IMG/VR virus record: IMGVR_UViG_3300049737_000693
Location: 1-6,244 of that record
Length of the DNA stretch: 6,244 bases
DNA from: a virus
Direction: 5' to 3' (one strand)
The position numbers and the translations under genes are program-made. The notes under the pieces were generated by a model. The model made no database searches, was not told where the DNA came from, and was given only the letters and a program-made list of their open reading frames with translations. Below are positions 4,731-6,244 of the stretch, in pieces (positions within the stretch are counted from its first letter, which is position 1; the number at the start of each line of letters is the position of its first letter).

Positions 4731-4985
4731 TTAGGCTTTGTTAACGCCTGATTTGAGGTATTGATAGCCTTTAAATGTACCCAGAATACCAACACCAATG
4801 GCGAAAATACCTAAAGCAACCGCTAAAGCAGCGCTGATATTTTCAGTTACACCCGTACCCAAAGCAGTAATATTATCTTCTGCCAGTGCTGCATTAGTAG
4901 CACCAATAACGGCAAATGCTACGGCAGCTTGTGCTAGGGTATTGCGCTTTTTAGTTGGCGCGGCAACAACTTGATTTTCTGACAT
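4731..4985 (-). CDS. gVIII: Major coat protein precursor (pVIII-like), 84 aa, with a predicted 35-aa signal peptide and a 49-aa mature protein.
   Basis: AAGGAAAG lies upstream of the ATG at 4985. The signal sequence ends in ALA, followed by mature EDNITALGTGVTENISAALAVALGIFAIGVGILGTFKGYQYLKSGVNKA. That mature protein has an acidic N-terminus, a hydrophobic core and a Lys-rich C-terminus, which is the canonical inovirus coat layout. The ORF-track start at 5069 overlaps the upstream gene and has no SD. Confidence 0.85.
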   Translation of the reverse strand: MSENQVVAAPTKKRNTLAQAAVAFAVIGATNAALAEDNITALGTGVTENISAALAVALGIFAIGVGILGTFKGYQYLKSGVNKA

Positions 4986-4999
4986 GACAGCTTTCCTTT

Positions 5000-5182
5000 T
5001 TAAGCTAGTTTTATTGCCTTTGCTATGATTGCGTAAGATGCACACATAGCAAAGAATGATATGACCCATTGCCCAACCAGATAAGCATCAGCTTGAGATA
5101 AGGCTAAGGTCTGTGGGGCGTTATAAACGACCCATTCCATGCACGTATTAGAAACTTGATCAAGAGTCTGGCAGACGTACAT
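5000..5182 (-). CDS. 60-aa small protein with a C-terminal TM helix, at the position of Ff gVII/gIX.
   Basis: AAGGAA lies 4 nt upstream of the ATG at 5182. The hydrophobic segment is LVGQWVISFFAMCASYAIIAKAI. It sits between the gV-position ORF and gVIII, and its stop is 15 nt before the gVIII ATG. Confidence 0.55.
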   Translation of the reverse strand: MYVCQTLDQVSNTCMEWVVYNAPQTLALSQADAYLVGQWVISFFAMCASYAIIAKAIKLA

Positions 5183-5190
5183 AAAATTCC

Positions 5191-5478
5191 TTACATTTCA
5201 GTGAGTATTGAAGTCGGATCAAGAATATCGGATTGAGTCAAAAACCAAACACCACCGCCCTTTTTCTTTGGAGTAGCTGTCACAGATATTTGTACCGTTT
5301 CATTAATATGTTTTTGATAATTAGGCATAAAATGGGCACACTCGTCAGTAATGATAACTTGCTCAGAGCATGGTACATTCTTATTAAGACCGCGATCATA
5401 ACGCTCAGACTCAAACGTTATAGTCTTAAAACCATCATTATTTTCAACTTTTAAAATCTCACCCATATAAATAATCAT
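5191..5478 (-). CDS. 95-aa protein at the gV position, a candidate ssDNA-binding protein.
   Basis: It follows gII immediately (a 9-nt gap), with AGGA 7 nt upstream of the ATG at 5478. Its size falls in the pV range. The call is positional only, since I see no sequence similarity to Ff pV. An alternative ATG lies at 5466. Confidence 0.45.
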   Translation of the reverse strand: MIIYMGEILKVENNDGFKTITFESERYDRGLNKNVPCSEQVIITDECAHFMPNYQKHINETVQISVTATPKKKGGGVWFLTQSDILDPTSILTEM

Positions 5479-5487
5479 AATAATTTC

Positions 5488-5871
5488 CTAAGCGACTAAG
5501 CGCGGTTTATTGTAGCGGTTGAAGTAGTGGTCATAATCAGGACGATGTAAAGAGTTTGGCGGAACGTAACCATCAGGAGCTTGTTTAGAAAAATCAATTT
5601 TTACAATATCAACCATAGGCAAAACACGGGCATGAGTGCCAAGATTTTGCAAATGGGCTTTAGGAATACCAATATCAACAAGGCATTTAACAAGGTTGTT
5701 AAACTGAGAAGAACTATAGCGACCTTTAATAGCATCATAGCCATTAATTTTTAACAACTGAAAAAAGTTAAAAGCATTGTTCGCTTTTGTGTAACTGATA
5801 TTACCTTTAGCGGTATAGCTAACTAGCTTTGATCTACATAACTTTTGAATTTCTTTATCACTAATATCCAT
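5488..5871 (-). CDS. gX: Candidate nested gene X: an in-frame internal start within gII giving a 127-aa C-terminal product.
   Basis: The internal ATG at 5871 (EGEV-MDISDKEIQ) aligns with the Ff pX start (EGDS-MNIYDDSAV). GAAGGTGA lies 4 nt upstream of it. Confidence 0.45.
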   Translation of the reverse strand: MDISDKEIQKLCRSKLVSYTAKGNISYTKANNAFNFFQLLKINGYDAIKGRYSSSQFNNLVKCLVDIGIPKAHLQNLGTHARVLPMVDIVKIDFSKQAPDGYVPPNSLHRPDYDHYFNRYNKPRLVA

Positions 5872-6244
5872 GACTTCACCTTCGAGAGCTTTGAGAATAG
5901 GCGCGAACCCTTCAAGCCATAATTTTTGTAGTAAATTTGGGTGTCTGTATTGGTACTCTATCAAACGCCATAAATTAGTAGGTAAACCGGAACGCTCAAG
6001 CTTACGAGCCATGACGCTATGTTCGAAACGCAGCAAGCAAGATGAGAATTTTATTAATTCGGGTGTGTAAACCTTTAAAGCGTCACGAGAATGTAAACAA
6101 CCTTTATCAGATTTTTTTTGCAATTTTTCTATAGTGTGCTTAACCTCATTACCTTTTCCATAGACCTTAGAGCGCACCAAGCGAGAAGTCGCACCGCCAT
6201 AATAAGCAGTATTAATAAAGTCGCGCTTTTTAGTGTCGTTTTTT
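5488..6244 (-). CDS. gII: Replication initiation protein, Ff gene II family, C-terminal part. The 5' end runs off the window, and 6118-6244 duplicates 1-127.
   Basis: It is in frame with the 1..627 fragment (627-63 is divisible by 3). LLRFEHSVMARKLERSGLPTNLW, GIPKAHLQNLGT and VLPMVDIVKIDFSKQAPDGY parallel f1 pII LVRFEARIKTRYLKSFGLPLNLF, GIPKSQLMNLST and VVPLVRFINVDFSSQRPDWY (from recall). The ORF-track start at 6180 is only the first TTG inside the window. Confidence 0.9.
   Translation of the reverse strand, partial: KNDTKKRDFINTAYYGGATSRLVRSKVYGKGNEVKHTIEKLQKKSDKGCLHSRDALKVYTPELIKFSSCLLRFEHSVMARKLERSGLPTNLWRLIEYQYRHPNLLQKLWLEGFAPILKALEGEVMDISDKEIQKLCRSKLVSYTAKGNISYTKANNAFNFFQLLKINGYDAIKGRYSSSQFNNLVKCLVDIGIPKAHLQNLGTHARVLPMVDIVKIDFSKQAPDGYVPPNSLHRPDYDHYFNRYNKPRLVA
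6118..6244. repeat. Terminal overlap copy B, identical to 1-127.
   Basis: Same comparison as copy A. A length of exactly 127 nt is what a k=127 de Bruijn assembler leaves on a circular contig. Confidence 0.95.

Larger units (their letters stand above)
1..6117 (-). mobile_element. Complete circular genome unit of a filamentous (inovirus-like) ssDNA phage. The coding (viral) strand is the window minus strand.
   Basis: There is an exact 127-nt terminal overlap (offset 6117), and gII reads open across the junction. The gene order is Ff-like (II/X, V-position, small TM, VIII, III, VI, I), with tightly packed, often overlapping genes and an Ff-like origin hairpin. Confidence 0.9.

Noticed and set aside
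4986-5069. The 5' extension of the coat ORF (start at 5069, MGHIILCYVCILRNHSKGNK...). The same issue affects the extended starts at 1177 and 806 for the two leader ORFs.
   Set aside because: The extensions overlap upstream genes or the promoter and lack SD motifs. The internal ATGs at 4985, 1108 and 782 each have a well-spaced SD and give tidy gene junctions.
3833-6070. Plus-strand ORFs 3833..4033, 5233..5454 and 5870..6070.
   Set aside because: They are antisense to gIII, the gV-position ORF and gII respectively. No SD precedes any of them, and inovirus genomes are compact with almost all genes on one strand.

Overview
The window is one complete, circularly permuted genome of a small filamentous ssDNA phage (inovirus-like) with a 6,117-nt unit length. 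Positions 1-127 recur exactly at 6118-6244, and the replication gene reads open across that junction. Morphogenesis and replication genes lie on the minus strand in Ff (M13/f1) order: gII with a nested gX candidate, a gV-position ORF, a small TM ORF, gVIII major coat, an intrinsic terminator, a 28-30 aa ORF missing from the ORF track, gIII-like adsorption protein, gVI-like, and gI/Zot-like NTPase. I see no gIV secretin, no integrase and no convincing dif-like site. The Rep protein matches Ff pII motif by motif. An Ff-type (+) origin nick hairpin with an adjacent palindrome sits on the coding strand at 1424-1467. It overlaps the 3' end of the only plus-strand gene, a 72-aa ribbon-helix-helix-like repressor candidate. 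That gene diverges from a promoter/operator region that drives two uncharacterised ORFs (107-aa Cys4 protein, 53-aa membrane peptide) translationally coupled to gII. Homology statements rest on my recall of Ff sequences and on protein architecture, because no database search was possible.
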